Assembly: GCA_027491415.1 (NCBI GenBank) | Contig: JAOZFH010000051.1 | Location: 1 to 13,952, forward strand | Source of the DNA: Thermoproteota archaeon | GTDB lineage: Archaea > Korarchaeota > Korarchaeia > Korarchaeales > Korarchaeaceae | Direction: 5' to 3' | Length of the DNA stretch: 13,952 bases | Shown: positions 13,851-13,952 of the stretch, piece by piece | Layout of the letters: each line of letters opens with the position of its first letter | How positions within the stretch are numbered: the first letter of the stretch is position 1 | The notes under the pieces: model-generated | What the model was told of the DNA's origin: nothing | The model's database searches: none | Seen by the model: the letters and a program-made list of their open reading frames with translations, nothing else | Translations under genes and position numbers: made by a program

Positions 13851-13952
13851 TGCTCTTCAGGGGTCTGCTCGAGGGCCACTACTGTCGACGCTAGGCGCAG
13901 GCCCGAGGGCTACCCCCTGGATCGCCGTAATCATTCCAGCCGCACTCTTCTC

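Overview
GC-rich archaeal DNA. AT-rich TATA boxes sit about 25 nt upstream of apparently leaderless starts, GGAGGTG/GAGGTGA Shine-Dalgarno (SD) sites are present, and AGG/ATA codons are common. A thermophilic TACK-type lineage such as Korarchaeota is an inference, not shown. In order, the window holds: the 5' end of a secreted DUF1565/beta-helix protein; a two-gene minus-strand operon; a CPA2-type antiporter; a divergent Fe-S-domain protein; two secreted S-layer-type proteins; a PadR regulator divergent from two DUF5320-like Trp/Gly/Arg-rich proteins and a NifB/NifX-family protein, all three ending in the same coiled coil; a heptad-repeat PD-(D/E)XK protein; a vapBC pair; and a methyltransferase pseudogene. 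The best candidate for an undescribed system is the operon at 597-3637. A 566-aa single-pass, DUF2207-like membrane protein ends in a cytoplasmic 10-Cys tail (CVCACVSCACACACVSCACACAGGGAG). It is translationally coupled (TGATG overlap, SD encoded by the tail's Gly codons) to a radical SAM/SPASM enzyme with a PqqD-like peptide-recognition domain (RRE). This suggests RiPP-style modification of a membrane-tethered protein tail. All family assignments come from motif recognition by eye; no searches were run.
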